64,000 nt of DNA, taken from the NCBI GenBank assembly GCA_963765675.1, contig CAVXXK010000003.1, forward strand, positions 448,001 through 512,000, read 5' to 3'. The stretch comes from an uncultured delta proteobacterium. GTDB taxonomy: Bacteria; Desulfobacterota; Binatia; Binatales; Binataceae. A program made the translations under genes and the position numbers. Shown piece by piece: positions 37,627-47,805 of the stretch (the first letter of the stretch is position 1; each line of letters starts with the position of its first letter). The notes under the pieces were generated by a model. It was not told where the DNA came from. It made no database searches and saw only the letters and a program-made list of their open reading frames with translations.

Positions 37627-39375
37627 TCACGATTCCTTCGCGCTATTCCGATACCGCTGTCGCCAAAATAGAATTACCGTGACCGCGCTGGTAAGCGCAA
37701 ATATCCATATACCAAGAATTGCCCAGGGCGCGCGATAAACGATCGTAAGCTTTTGGCTTCCCGCCGGTATGGTTACCGAGAGCACCGGGCGATTAGTGTC
37801 GATTGTAGCCGCGCCGTCACGAATCCGCCATCCTTTGTAATAATTCTGGTTGATTACCAGTACGTTCGCGCTGCGCGTGTTGACCTCGAACTGCAATTTC
37901 TCAGGCGTCCATTTTAATAGTCGTACGCTACCGGGCAGCAAAAGGTATTGCTCGCCGCGATAACCCGCCTGGTTGTATCCCCGCACCTGAGTGTCACTGA
38001 CATCCCAGAAGTTCGTCTCGTAACAATTGGCCGCACCGAGATTGGCCAAATTTAGAGGGAGCATGCCAATATTCGAAGGAGATGAATCGTAGTATTGGCG
38101 AAAGTCTGTTGAATACGCGGGAGTAGTAATTTTTCCCCCGGTGAAGGGCTCGGCGAGGCTGCCCGGCGAGACTAGAATGGCGTCGATCAGTCCCACCGCC
38201 AGTAAAGCGAGCGCCGCCCACCTTCGGCGCTCGAGTATGTATTCGGTTCCGAGCGCGGACAAGACCGCAAAGGCAAGCACGAATGGAATCAGGAATCGAA
38301 ACGGAGCGTAGGTTGATTCAAAGCCGGGCAACCGATGCAGCAGAACATACAGAGAATAAGGTGAGGTTCCGCCCATACCGAGCAGAAAGAAAATCAGCGC
38401 AGCGGCGGCCCAGGGCAGCGCTCGCGCCGGATATTTGATTAAGCCTGCCAGTCCCAGAAATGCGAACACAGCCCCGATATACGCTCCGTGCTCCCAGAAA
38501 CCACCTTCGCCCCAAGGACCGGCAAAATCCTGTTTGCGCGAGAAGATCGACAGGAGTGTCTTATAGAGACTCTCTTCGCTTAGGTACCCGAGCCGCGGAT
38601 GCGCGTGCATCAAGACGATCGCGGGGAAAAGCTTAAACGCAGCAAACCCCACAAAAAATATTCCAACGATCGCCGCTATAAACATTGGCCGCGGCGACCA
38701 TTCCATCACACACGCCGCGGCGCCGATGACCGCGACAAAGATAGCCAGTTGCAGAACCTCGTACATCGCACCTTCATAGCAGCACACGGCGACGAACAAA
38801 CCGGCGAGCGCCGCCCAAGCAGCGCTGCGTCGTTGAATTCCCATCCAAGTGAAGGCGCACACCCACGGCAGGTAGGCGCCGGCCAGATGCATCTCGTGAC
38901 CGGCCGCCGCATGCAATGGCAGCCACGAGCTGCCGGCGAAGACGATCGCGGCAGCAGCCGCTGCGATCGGCTTACAACTCACTGTCCGCGCGAGGACGTA
39001 GGCGCCGGCGAACGCCACGCTCAAATGCAGGGGTACTTCCAACTCGAGTCCGGCGAAAGGACCGAAGAATATCCGCAACAGCAAAAATGGCGACAGGAAA
39101 TCCGATTGCGGGTTCGCCAGCGAAGGCATACCGCCGCATTTGTATGGATTCCAGAACGGAAACTGGTGAAAGTGCGCGATCGTGCGCCAGTCCGACCATG
39201 ACCAATCCATCCCGCGCGACCAGTCCAGCGAGAGCGTCACCTGGCCGAAATGCCCAAACATCGGATAGCAGAACGCGAATCCAAAAATGAGCGAGATCAG
39301 CGAGACCGCGATCCATTCCTTGCTCCACCAAGCCGCCGTTCGATCGTTACCGGATATTTCGCCAGGTCTTGCCAA
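37627..39375 (-). CDS. YfhO-like polytopic membrane protein (GT-C)
   Basis: PFWNPYKCGGMPSLANPQ (YfhO-like N-terminal motif), many TMs, C-terminal LVINQNYYKGW...YRAP periplasmic domain; lower GC. Confidence 0.75.
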   Translation of the reverse strand: MARPGEISGNDRTAAWWSKEWIAVSLISLIFGFAFCYPMFGHFGQVTLSLDWSRGMDWSWSDWRTIAHFHQFPFWNPYKCGGMPSLANPQSDFLSPFLLLRIFFGPFAGLELEVPLHLSVAFAGAYVLARTVSCKPIAAAAAAIVFAGSSWLPLHAAAGHEMHLAGAYLPWVCAFTWMGIQRRSAAWAALAGLFVAVCCYEGAMYEVLQLAIFVAVIGAAACVMEWSPRPMFIAAIVGIFFVGFAAFKLFPAIVLMHAHPRLGYLSEESLYKTLLSIFSRKQDFAGPWGEGGFWEHGAYIGAVFAFLGLAGLIKYPARALPWAAAALIFFLLGMGGTSPYSLYVLLHRLPGFESTYAPFRFLIPFVLAFAVLSALGTEYILERRRWAALALLAVGLIDAILVSPGSLAEPFTGGKITTPAYSTDFRQYYDSSPSNIGMLPLNLANLGAANCYETNFWDVSDTQVRGYNQAGYRGEQYLLLPGSVRLLKWTPEKLQFEVNTRSANVLVINQNYYKGWRIRDGAATIDTNRPVLSVTIPAGSQKLTIVYRAPWAILGIWIFALTSAVTVILFWRQRYRNSAKES

Positions 39376-39396
39376 TCGTGAAGCACTTCCACAGCG

Positions 39397-40422
39397 TCAG
39401 AAGTCGCGACGCTGATCGTCGAACCCCCAGGCGTCGCGGACCAGGTAAAGCGGGCGTCCCTTGACCTCCGTGTACACGCGCCCAAGGTATTCGCCGATCA
39501 CGCCCAAAGTAATCAATTGAATTCCGCCGAAGAACAGCACCACCACCATTAGCGACGTATAACCTGGCACGTCGATTCCCTTCCCGAGTTTGAGAATCGC
39601 CAAGAAGGTGGCGTAGAGAAACGCGAACAGAGAAACGATCACCCCAAGGTAGCTCCAGATCTTGAGCGGTAGGAAGCTGAACGAGGTGACCGCGTCGATC
39701 GCGAAGTTCCAGAGCCTCCAGTAGCTCCAGTTGGCGTGGCCCGCATGGCGCGGTGGCCGATGATACACGATCGCGGTCTGCCTGAAGCCAACCCAGGCGA
39801 ATAGTCCCTTCATGAAACGGCTGCGCTCGGGCAGGCGCACCAGAACCTCGACCACGCGGCGGTCGAGCAGGCGAAAGTCTCCGGTGTCGCGTGGAACCGG
39901 GACCTCGCTGACGCGGTGATAGATTTTATAAAAGAGACTCGCGGTAAGACGCTTGGCGAGGCTTTCGCCGCGGCGCGAAGCGCGGGTCGCGTAAACGACG
40001 TCAAAACCTTCGCGCCACTTGGCGACCATCTGCTCGATCAACTCAGGCGGATCCTGGAGGTCGGAATCGATCGGCACTACCGCGCGTCCGCTCGCGTAGT
40101 CGAGTCCCGCGCTGAGCGCGACGTCCTTTCCAAAATTACGTGAAAAATTTATGATCTTGATTGCTGAGTTGCGCTCCCGGAGAGCCAGCAGCATTGGCAG
40201 GGTGTCATCGGTGCTGCCGTCGTTGATACAGATCAGTTCGTAGGTGACGCCGATTTTGTCGATCACGCCGAGCACTCGCGCGATAAACTCTTCTAGATTT
40301 CCCGCCTCGTTGCGCATCGGCGCGACGATCGATAGATCGATCGCGGGTTCGGTCGCGGCAAGTGGCGATTCTTCGGTTGCGAAGCGAAGGGGGCGTAGGG
40401 CGCTCGGTGACTGCTCCATCAA
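39397..40422 (-). CDS. GT2 polyprenol-phosphate glycosyltransferase (GtrB/YkoT-like)
   Basis: PMRNE, NDGSTD, FSRNFGK, IDSDLQDPP, TGDFRL, two C-terminal TMs, GEYLGRVYTEVKGRPLY. Confidence 0.95.
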   Translation of the reverse strand: MMEQSPSALRPLRFATEESPLAATEPAIDLSIVAPMRNEAGNLEEFIARVLGVIDKIGVTYELICINDGSTDDTLPMLLALRERNSAIKIINFSRNFGKDVALSAGLDYASGRAVVPIDSDLQDPPELIEQMVAKWREGFDVVYATRASRRGESLAKRLTASLFYKIYHRVSEVPVPRDTGDFRLLDRRVVEVLVRLPERSRFMKGLFAWVGFRQTAIVYHRPPRHAGHANWSYWRLWNFAIDAVTSFSFLPLKIWSYLGVIVSLFAFLYATFLAILKLGKGIDVPGYTSLMVVVLFFGGIQLITLGVIGEYLGRVYTEVKGRPLYLVRDAWGFDDQRRDF

Positions 40423-40497
40423 AGTTCCTGCAATTGATTAACTCAAACCCCCACGCGATCAAAGCGCCGATGCGCCGCCGAAGTATCAATCGCGCCG

Positions 40498-41871
40498 CTA
40501 ATTGCTGTCGTTCACGATCTCCTCGGGCGGCAGGACCTTGCGGAAGAACAGCCAGTAGAGAAATGTGTTGAGCCCCTGCATCACGGCGGCGAACTCGAGC
40601 GGCAGCGACAGGTATAGATGCTCCATGAACAGGCCCGCGATATACGGCCCGACCGCCGACATCACTTGCGAGGGAAAGTTCGCGAAGCCCGACGCGCTCG
40701 AGCGCTCAGCCGGCGGAATCACTCCCATCAGGTAGGACTGCCGCACCGGAATCGAGAGCATGTTGAAGATCGCACGGATTCCGTAAAGCGCAACCGCCCA
40801 CACGAACGTCGGCATCAGCACGACCATGAACAGCAGCGCGGTCGAGATTCCGCGCGTCCAGACGATCGAGCGCACCGACCCAAGCATCAGCGCGATTCGC
40901 CCCGCCATCAAATACGGAATCGCGCTTAGTATATTGAGCACGAAAAACGCCTCCGCGAGCTCCGCTGAGCCGACGCCGAAGCGCCGGTAAAACCAGTACA
41001 CCACGAACGGCCCGAGCATCCCGATCGCGAGTCCGTTGGTCGCGTTGGTGATCATGAAGCGGATGATGAGTTGCCACGACCGGGGCGACAGCCCCAGCCG
41101 CAGGCCCGGAGTATTGGAGGCCACGGCGGCGGAAGCCGCGACCTTTTGCGCATGGCGAGCGGCGGCGTGATCCTCATGCACCGGGATTACCGCGAACGCC
41201 ATCGCAAAGCCGAGCACGCCCGCGAAGACGAACAGGATGCGATAGGTTTCGAGCTCCGGCATCGCGGCCGCGTGATGCAGCACCGACGGCAGGCCGGCGA
41301 GCAAGGTGCCGGCCGCGGCCGCCATCACGCCTACAAACGAGAACGCGCCGAAGACACGAGTGCGGTTGTAGTCGGTGGTGCGTTCGGCGACCAGCGCCTG
41401 AACCGCTGGATAGAAGGGGCCCCACGCGCCGCCGGCCAGCGCTCCGCCGCGACCGATCGATCCAATCGAGGCAAAGATAACGATCCAGGTAAAGCTGCCG
41501 GCGAATGCGAACGCGATTGCGCCACTCCCGAGCATCACCGAAATCGCCATCAAGCAGTTCTTGCGCCCGAAGCGGTCGGCGAGCATCCCGACCGACATCG
41601 AGATTCCCGCGGCTGCGACCGCTGAGAATCCCAGCAGTATCCCGAGCGCCACCGCGCCGTAGCCGAGGGCGACCAGGTACAGCGGCAGGATGATCCCGAG
41701 ATAGCCTTGCGAGATGCTGCGCAGCACGCGCAAGACGAACAGCCAAGCGAGGTCGCGGTTGAGCCACGCGAGTCCGAGTATTCCGCCATCGGGCGGCTCT
41801 GTGGCGCTGGGGGCAGCGGCGAACGCCGCGGCGGATGCTTCGATCGGATCCGGTTTGGTCTCGACGTTCAT
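40498..41871 (-). CDS. MFS transporter
   Basis: 12 hydrophobic segments; GMLADRFGRK motif A. Confidence 0.9.
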   Translation of the reverse strand: MNVETKPDPIEASAAAFAAAPSATEPPDGGILGLAWLNRDLAWLFVLRVLRSISQGYLGIILPLYLVALGYGAVALGILLGFSAVAAAGISMSVGMLADRFGRKNCLMAISVMLGSGAIAFAFAGSFTWIVIFASIGSIGRGGALAGGAWGPFYPAVQALVAERTTDYNRTRVFGAFSFVGVMAAAAGTLLAGLPSVLHHAAAMPELETYRILFVFAGVLGFAMAFAVIPVHEDHAAARHAQKVAASAAVASNTPGLRLGLSPRSWQLIIRFMITNATNGLAIGMLGPFVVYWFYRRFGVGSAELAEAFFVLNILSAIPYLMAGRIALMLGSVRSIVWTRGISTALLFMVVLMPTFVWAVALYGIRAIFNMLSIPVRQSYLMGVIPPAERSSASGFANFPSQVMSAVGPYIAGLFMEHLYLSLPLEFAAVMQGLNTFLYWLFFRKVLPPEEIVNDSN

Positions 41872-41949
41872 CCTGGATTTAAGGTCGGGCCGGCGCGCAG
41901 ATCACCGCTCAACTCATCCGAGCATATTTGCGCCGGTCACGAATCCAGT

Positions 41950-43554
41950 TCAATGCATCGGCTCTGCGCCTTCGGAATCGTCCGGAACGCCGCGGCGCGG
42001 AAGCAGCAGCAACAGTGGTATGGTAGCGAGAAGCATCGGGACCATGAGCCAGAAGCAATCGTTGTACGCCATCATCGTGCTCTGGCCGTTGATGATCGAA
42101 TTGAGCATCGCCATATCGCGGCGCTGGCTGGGCGCTGCATGGTAGCCGTTACTCGCGAGAAATCCGCGAAAGCTCCGGTCGGTCGAGCGAAACGCCGGGT
42201 TGGTCGCGTCGATCCCGCTTACCAGCACTGAGCGATGATACTGCGTGCGCCGCGCGACCAGCGTTGCGAGCAATGCGTACGCCACGTTTCCCGAAACCCG
42301 GCGCATGAGAGTGGTCAGGCTCGAAGCCGAAGTCATCAGCGCCCGCGGAATAGTGTTGAGCGTGACCGTGCTGGTCGTGACCATCGCGGCGCCCATCCCG
42401 ACTCCGCTCATCACCAGGATCGGGGCAAAGGACCAGAAGCCCACCCGCAACGAGAAGTGTCCCAATTGCCAGTACGAGATCACCAGCAGTGCGATTCCGA
42501 ATCCCACCAGGATGCGCGGACTCAGGATATTGTAGAGCCGTCCGACAATCGGCATCACCAGCATCATCGCGATTGCACGCGGCATCAGCACCAGCCCCGC
42601 CTGATAGGCGGGGTAGTTGAGGAGATCTTCAGTGAACTGCGGGAGCAGGAAAGACGACCCATAGAGCGCGAAGCCGACCAGAACTCCGATGCTGGTGCCG
42701 ACGGTGAAGGGCACGTTGCGCGTCAGGCGAAAATTGATGACCGGCTCGGAATGCTTGAGCTCCCAGATGACCAGAGATAACAGCGCGGTTCCCGCGATAA
42801 TCGCTCCGACAACGATCCAGCGGCTCGCGAACCAATCGACCTCTTCGCCGCGCTCGAGCACAATCTGCGTCGCGGTCAGCCCGATGGTTAAGAGCGCGAT
42901 TCCGCCCCAGTCGATCTTCAAAATTCCGCGCTTCAGATATGGCGGATCGAAAACGAACGCGCTCACCATCAGCAGGCCAACGATGCAGATCGGCACATTG
43001 ATATAAAACACGGCCTGCCAGCCGTAGTTATCGACCAGCCATCCTCCGACCACCGGACCAACCGCGGGCGCCAGGATCACGCCCATGCTGAAGATCGCCA
43101 TCGCCATCCCCTGCTCGGCCGGAGGAAACGACTCGCGCGCGATCGCCTGAGAGCACGGCATCAGGCTTCCGCCGCCGATTCCCTGCAGCACGCGATACAC
43201 GATCATCTGGATCAGGGTCTTCGAGGTGCCTGCCAATACCGAGCCGACGATGAAAACAAACATCGACGCGAGGAACAGCCGCTTGCGCCCGAGCAGGGTC
43301 GTCAGCCACGCCGCCATCGTGATCATGATGATCTCGGCGATCGAGTATGCGGTCGAGACCCAGGTGATCGTCAGCAGGTCTTGGCCGAAGGTGCCCATCA
43401 TGTGCGGCATCGCGACGTTGACCACCGTCGCGTCCATCACTGACAGGAAGGTGCCGACCATCACCGACGACGCGACCAGCCATTTGCCTGGCGCGAGCCG
43501 GACACCGGTCGGCGGAGGCGGCAGGATCTTGGGATGCGCAGCTTCAGTTGCCAT
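41950..43554 (-). CDS. DHA2 (EmrB/QacA) family MFS efflux permease
   Basis: MDATVVNVAMP, RVLQGIGGG, APAVGPVVGG, FYINVPI, DWGG. Confidence 0.93.
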   Translation of the reverse strand: MATEAAHPKILPPPPTGVRLAPGKWLVASSVMVGTFLSVMDATVVNVAMPHMMGTFGQDLLTITWVSTAYSIAEIIMITMAAWLTTLLGRKRLFLASMFVFIVGSVLAGTSKTLIQMIVYRVLQGIGGGSLMPCSQAIARESFPPAEQGMAMAIFSMGVILAPAVGPVVGGWLVDNYGWQAVFYINVPICIVGLLMVSAFVFDPPYLKRGILKIDWGGIALLTIGLTATQIVLERGEEVDWFASRWIVVGAIIAGTALLSLVIWELKHSEPVINFRLTRNVPFTVGTSIGVLVGFALYGSSFLLPQFTEDLLNYPAYQAGLVLMPRAIAMMLVMPIVGRLYNILSPRILVGFGIALLVISYWQLGHFSLRVGFWSFAPILVMSGVGMGAAMVTTSTVTLNTIPRALMTSASSLTTLMRRVSGNVAYALLATLVARRTQYHRSVLVSGIDATNPAFRSTDRSFRGFLASNGYHAAPSQRRDMAMLNSIINGQSTMMAYNDCFWLMVPMLLATIPLLLLLPRRGVPDDSEGAEPMH

Positions 43555-43681
43555 CGGGATACGCGCGCGCCGCCGCGAGCGGCACACCGATCTATTCTAG
43601 CAACAACATGGCAAGACCCAAGGAACCGAGCGACCCGCTCCAGTCAGTAATTCGAGCGCAGGCGCACAGCTCCTGCCGATG

Positions 43682-43810
43682 CCCTCTCCCTCCGGGAGAG
43701 GGCAAGCGGCGCGGCGATTGCTTCTTTCAGCAATCGCCGTGACGCGCGGGTGAGGGCGGGCCTTGCTCCATCGCGGATCTTTTTTAATCGCACGTCGCGA
43801 GCGCGCCTTG
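43682..43810 (-). repeat. family A repeat between divergent genes
   Basis: 43682-43756 is the exact reverse complement of 23081-23155 (75 bp). Confidence 0.92.
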
Positions 43811-43881
43811 CCAGCGATTCGAACATGATAATCTGCTAAGTGAAGAGATATTGCGTCTATGGCTGCGAAGGAAGATCAGGC

Positions 43882-44904
43882 GTGAAGCTATCGATTGTGG
43901 ATCAATGTCCCGTGCCGGAGGGCTTCACACCCGCCGACGCGCTGCGCAACACGATTGATCTGGCGCGACTCGCCGATCGCCTGGGCTACGAGCGCTACTG
44001 GATCGCCGAGCACCACGCGACCGGATCGTTCGCCAGCTCCGCGCCTGAGGTCTTGATCTCGCGCGTCGCGGCAGAGACCACGCACATCCGCGTCGGTTCG
44101 GGCGGCGTGATGCTGCCGCATTACAGTTCGCTCAAAGTCGCTGAGGTTTTCCGGATGCTGCATGCGCTGTATCCCGGCCGGATCGATCTCGGAATCGGAC
44201 GCGCTCCTGGCGGCAGTCCGCTGGATACGTTTGCGCTCCGGCGCGAGCGGACCCGCAGCCCGATGCCCGACGATTTCCCGCAACAGATGGCGGAGCTGAT
44301 GGCGTTTCTCTCCGCCAGCTTTCCCGACGAGCATCCGTTCCGCGAGATCGCGGTTTCACCCGCGATGCCTGACGCGCCTGAAGTATGGTTGCTCGGTTCG
44401 AGCATGTGGAGCGCTGCGGCCGCGGCGCAATTCGGCGTGCCGTACGCATTCGCGCACTTCATCGATCCGACGCATACGCGCAAGGCGATCGAATACTATC
44501 GCGACCACGTCAACCGCAGCGGCGGCGCGCTCGCCGGGCAGACGATCCTAGCGCTCGGCGCGATCTGCGCGGACACTGACGAGCAGGCGCATCGCCTTTA
44601 TTCGAGCGTGCGCGCGTGGGCGCAGCGCCTGCGCCAGGGCGGAGGACGCGGTCCGATTCCGACGCCAGAGCGGGCGCTGACGCAGATCGGATCAACATAC
44701 GGGCGGCTGCCCAACGACACCGGCGAATGGCCACGCGTCTTCGTCGGCGACGCGAAGCATCTGCACGACGAGCTCGCGCGTATCGCCGAGGAGTTGCACA
44801 TCGACGAGATAATGATCGTGACGGTGGTACACGATCATCAGGCGCGCAGGCACTCCTACGAACTACTCGCCGACGCCTTCGGCCTCACCCCGCGCGCGGG
44901 CTAG
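43882..44904 (+). CDS. LLM class flavin-dependent oxidoreductase (luciferase family group 1)
   Basis: RYWIAEHH, RVGSGGVMLPHYS, RIDLGIGRAPG, WLLGSS. Confidence 0.93.
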   Translation: MKLSIVDQCPVPEGFTPADALRNTIDLARLADRLGYERYWIAEHHATGSFASSAPEVLISRVAAETTHIRVGSGGVMLPHYSSLKVAEVFRMLHALYPGRIDLGIGRAPGGSPLDTFALRRERTRSPMPDDFPQQMAELMAFLSASFPDEHPFREIAVSPAMPDAPEVWLLGSSMWSAAAAAQFGVPYAFAHFIDPTHTRKAIEYYRDHVNRSGGALAGQTILALGAICADTDEQAHRLYSSVRAWAQRLRQGGGRGPIPTPERALTQIGSTYGRLPNDTGEWPRVFVGDAKHLHDELARIAEELHIDEIMIVTVVHDHQARRHSYELLADAFGLTPRAG

Positions 44905-45362
44905 TTGCCCTTTAGCGCCTTGATATCATCGAGCAGGACTTTTTCGTGGCCCTGCGGATTCACTTTAGCGTAGGATTTCCGTACGACGCCCTTGGGATCG
45001 ATAACGAAGCTCGAACGCTCCCAGAACTTCATGTTGTTCCATTCCGCCTGGTTGATTCCGCACGCCTTCATCAGATCTGATTTGGGATCGGCCAGCAGAT
45101 CGATCGTGAAGCTGAACTTGTTGCAGAAGTTCTTGTGCGAGGTCACGTCGTCGGCGCTGACACCCAGCACCGTGATGCCCGCCTTGTCGAAGTCAGCCTT
45201 CGACGCGGTGAACGACTTGCCCTGGATCGTGCATCCCGGCGTGTCGTCCTTGGGATAGAAATAGACCACCAGCCATTTGCCGGCGAAGTCGCCGAGTTTT
45301 ACGGTTTTGCCGTCCTGGTTGGGCAGTGAGAAATTCGGAAATGCGCTTCCTGCTTCGAGCAT
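44901..45362 (-). CDS. bcp: peroxiredoxin, Bcp/PrxQ type
   Basis: VYFYPKDDTPGCT, GVSAD..SH..F, RSSFVIDP. Confidence 0.9.
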   Translation of the reverse strand: MLEAGSAFPNFSLPNQDGKTVKLGDFAGKWLVVYFYPKDDTPGCTIQGKSFTASKADFDKAGITVLGVSADDVTSHKNFCNKFSFTIDLLADPKSDLMKACGINQAEWNNMKFWERSSFVIDPKGVVRKSYAKVNPQGHEKVLLDDIKALKGN

Positions 45363-45449
45363 GATTCACCTGGTCCTTGCTATGAATGTTTGATCGCCGC
45401 GGCGCAGCGGCCGCATCAATCTTATAGCACGGCTACACGGTTTCTCGCC

Positions 45450-45869
45450 TCACTTACGCGCGGTCATCCGGTTGTCGATTTCCTGTTCGCTCACGTCCTC
45501 GATATGCGCGGCGATGAACCAGGTGATGCCGCATGGATCGACTACCCACGCGTTGCGATCGCCGTACGGCTTGTCGGTTGGCGCCTCGACTGATTTCGCA
45601 CCGGCAGCAATCGCGCGCGAGTAGGTCGCATCGACGTCATCGACGTACAAGTAGATCGAGGCCGGCGCGGGCTCGGTCTGCCCAACCATGAACATCGAGT
45701 CGCCGATCCGGAATTCGGCGTGAACGTGTCCGTTGCCCAGATCGTGATAGCGGGTCTCGGCGCCGCCGAAAACGCGCGTCACGAAATCGATCAGCTTGCG
45801 CGCGTCGGCAACGTACAAGAACGGCGTCGCAGCGTGAAATCCATCGGGCCTGCGTTTTACTGATCCCAT
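45450..45869 (-). CDS. VOC family protein (PhnB/glyoxalase-like)
   Basis: PDGFHAATPFL, HAEFRIGDS, YLYVDDVDA, YGDR..WVVDP.G..W; ATG 45869 with RBS AAGGAG. Confidence 0.9.
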   Translation of the reverse strand: MGSVKRRPDGFHAATPFLYVADARKLIDFVTRVFGGAETRYHDLGNGHVHAEFRIGDSMFMVGQTEPAPASIYLYVDDVDATYSRAIAAGAKSVEAPTDKPYGDRNAWVVDPCGITWFIAAHIEDVSEQEIDNRMTARK

Positions 45870-45910
45870 CGTAGTCTCCTTGAGTAGCAGAGTTTTTGTT
45901 ACGCGCCGAA

Positions 45911-46987
45911 TCACCCCGCGCGCGGATCGTCGGCGAATGAAACCTCGTCCGTCTTGTTCGGCGTGCAGTACAGGATCGTCACCCACGTCTTCGGGAGCTG
46001 GCGATGCCATATGCCGCGCGGGCACACGAACGCGTCCCCCGCGCGAATCGTGCGCGTAACAGGACCATCGTCGGTCATCGCTGTCAGCTCGGCTTCGCCG
46101 TCGAGCGCATAGAGCAACTCGTCGCCATCGGGATGCCGCTCCCACGGCGTTCGTCCCGAGAAGCGCATCACGCCGAGCCTCAGCCGATCGAGATCGGCCA
46201 GATGCAGGTATGCCGCGTTGGCTTCCTCCGCGGTGGTCTGCTCGGTGATCGCGAGCGGGGTCGCCCGGGCGGCGGCCGCGCTCACGTCGTAGGAGGGAAT
46301 CGCAGCGCCCGCACTTGGCGGAGCAACCCGCGCCGCGTCGGGCGACATCGGAGGGGCGCCCACTACACGAGGATCGGACAAGTCCGAACCTTCGGTGCCT
46401 GCGCCCGGTGTGAGCGAGAGTTCGGAAACGAAAGGACGTGGGATCTGGCGATGCCACAATCCGCGGGGACAGATGAAAATCGATCCCTTGTCCGCAAACG
46501 ATGTTACCGGACCCGCGTCGGTCAGCGTGACGACCTCGGCGGCCCCGTCGACGATATACAGCATCTCGTTGCCGCCCGGATGGCGCTCCCAGTGCGTAGG
46601 CGTGCGCGCGTACGACGCGACCAGCGTCGTCTCATTCACGGGCTGGAGGAAACGCATCGAGGAATCGGGCAGCCCGTCGAGCGCGGCGCCGATGTCGTGC
46701 GGGAAGAATGGAGGACGGTGCTCGATATCGCCGAGGATCGCGTAGATCTGCGCCTCGGTGAATTCCCGCGTGATCGCGGGCGTCAACGACGGCGCGCCGG
46801 ACTTTGCCGCTAGCTCGCGCTTCAGGCGCGCCCTGAACTCGTGGCGTGGAAGATCGCGCAGCTCAGAGGCAATACGCATCAGCGCTGCGACTTTCGGATC
46901 GAGCTTCACGTGTGGGTCATCCGGGCTGGACATTATGGCCTCCACGGCCATATCGAGTTGTTCCGACAGGCTCGTGCGTTTAGCCAT
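45911..46987 (-). CDS. tandem-cupin protein with an N-terminal anti-sigma-like helical segment
   Basis: Two repeats of WERHPxGxE...CPRGxWH; start overlaps the stop of the ECF sigma gene. Confidence 0.8.
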   Translation of the reverse strand: MAKRTSLSEQLDMAVEAIMSSPDDPHVKLDPKVAALMRIASELRDLPRHEFRARLKRELAAKSGAPSLTPAITREFTEAQIYAILGDIEHRPPFFPHDIGAALDGLPDSSMRFLQPVNETTLVASYARTPTHWERHPGGNEMLYIVDGAAEVVTLTDAGPVTSFADKGSIFICPRGLWHRQIPRPFVSELSLTPGAGTEGSDLSDPRVVGAPPMSPDAARVAPPSAGAAIPSYDVSAAAARATPLAITEQTTAEEANAAYLHLADLDRLRLGVMRFSGRTPWERHPDGDELLYALDGEAELTAMTDDGPVTRTIRAGDAFVCPRGIWHRQLPKTWVTILYCTPNKTDEVSFADDPRAG

Positions 46988-47531
46988 TGGAGTCACCAAT
47001 CCGTTTCCTCAGATTGTGCAATGCGCGGAATTGAAGCTGCTTGATCGCGCCTTCGCTGCGGCCGAGCGCGCCTGCTATCTGCGCGATACTCTTCTGCTCG
47101 GCAAAACGCATCTTGATCACGCGGCGCTGGTCGTCGGCGAGTTCGTCGACCATCTTAAACAGGCGCGCGCGATGCTCGAGTTCCTCGGGCGGCGGCTCGG
47201 GTTCCGCGTCGTCAGGATGGTAGCCGCGCGCGCGAGCCGCACGCGCTGCTCGATCGGCGATCGCGTTGGCGGCAATCCGGCAGAGCCACGCCGCGAATGG
47301 TACGCCGCGCCACTGGTAGCGGCCGAGATTCTCGAGCGCGCGATGAAAAACGTCCGCGGTGAGATCTTCCACTTCTGCGCGCTCGTGAACCCGTCGCGCA
47401 ACGTACGCATAGACGCGGGGAAAATTCTCCTCGTACAGGCAGGCGAAACGGCTTGGATCGGTCTGCGCGGCCGAGATCATCTGCCGCTCTTCCGAGTCGT
47501 CCGTCAAAATTGCCGCCCTAGCCCGCGCCAT
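46980..47531 (-). CDS. ECF RNA polymerase sigma factor
   Basis: FACLYE, EDLTADVF, AWLCRIAAN, L.DDQRRVI..RF...IA..LGRSEGAIKQLQFRAL. Confidence 0.93.
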   Translation of the reverse strand: MARARAAILTDDSEERQMISAAQTDPSRFACLYEENFPRVYAYVARRVHERAEVEDLTADVFHRALENLGRYQWRGVPFAAWLCRIAANAIADRAARAARARGYHPDDAEPEPPPEELEHRARLFKMVDELADDQRRVIKMRFAEQKSIAQIAGALGRSEGAIKQLQFRALHNLRKRIGDSNG

Positions 47532-47590
47532 GTGCTTACCTATTCATATAAACGCCCGTCACCGCAAAAGGTCACGCGCGTTGATGTCCG

Positions 47591-47779
47591 ATCCCTCGCC
47601 CGCTGCTGCCTCGCCCTGAAGGGGAGAGGTTAGGTGAGGGACATTTTTCAGCGCGGCGCGCAGCGATGCGCGATTAAATGAAGATGCGGAGCAAGGCCGC
47701 CCTCACCTACGCGTCACGATACTTGCGAAAGAAACGCAAGCATCACGCCGCGTTGCCCTTTCCCGGAGGGAGAGGGGGT
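47591..47779 (+). repeat. family A repeat, full doublet, between divergent sigma and tetR genes
   Basis: cctcgccctgaaggggagaggttaggtgaggg...aaggccgccctcacc...gatacttgcg/cgcaagcatc hairpin...ccctttcccggagggagaggg. Confidence 0.9.
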
Positions 47780-47805
47780 TTCGGATGGATTGGCATTTTG
47801 TCCCC

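Noticed and set aside
45450-46457. 335-aa ORF suggesting a long N-terminal extension of the VOC protein
   Set aside because: The extension overlaps the cupin gene out of frame, and a clear RBS supports ATG 45869.
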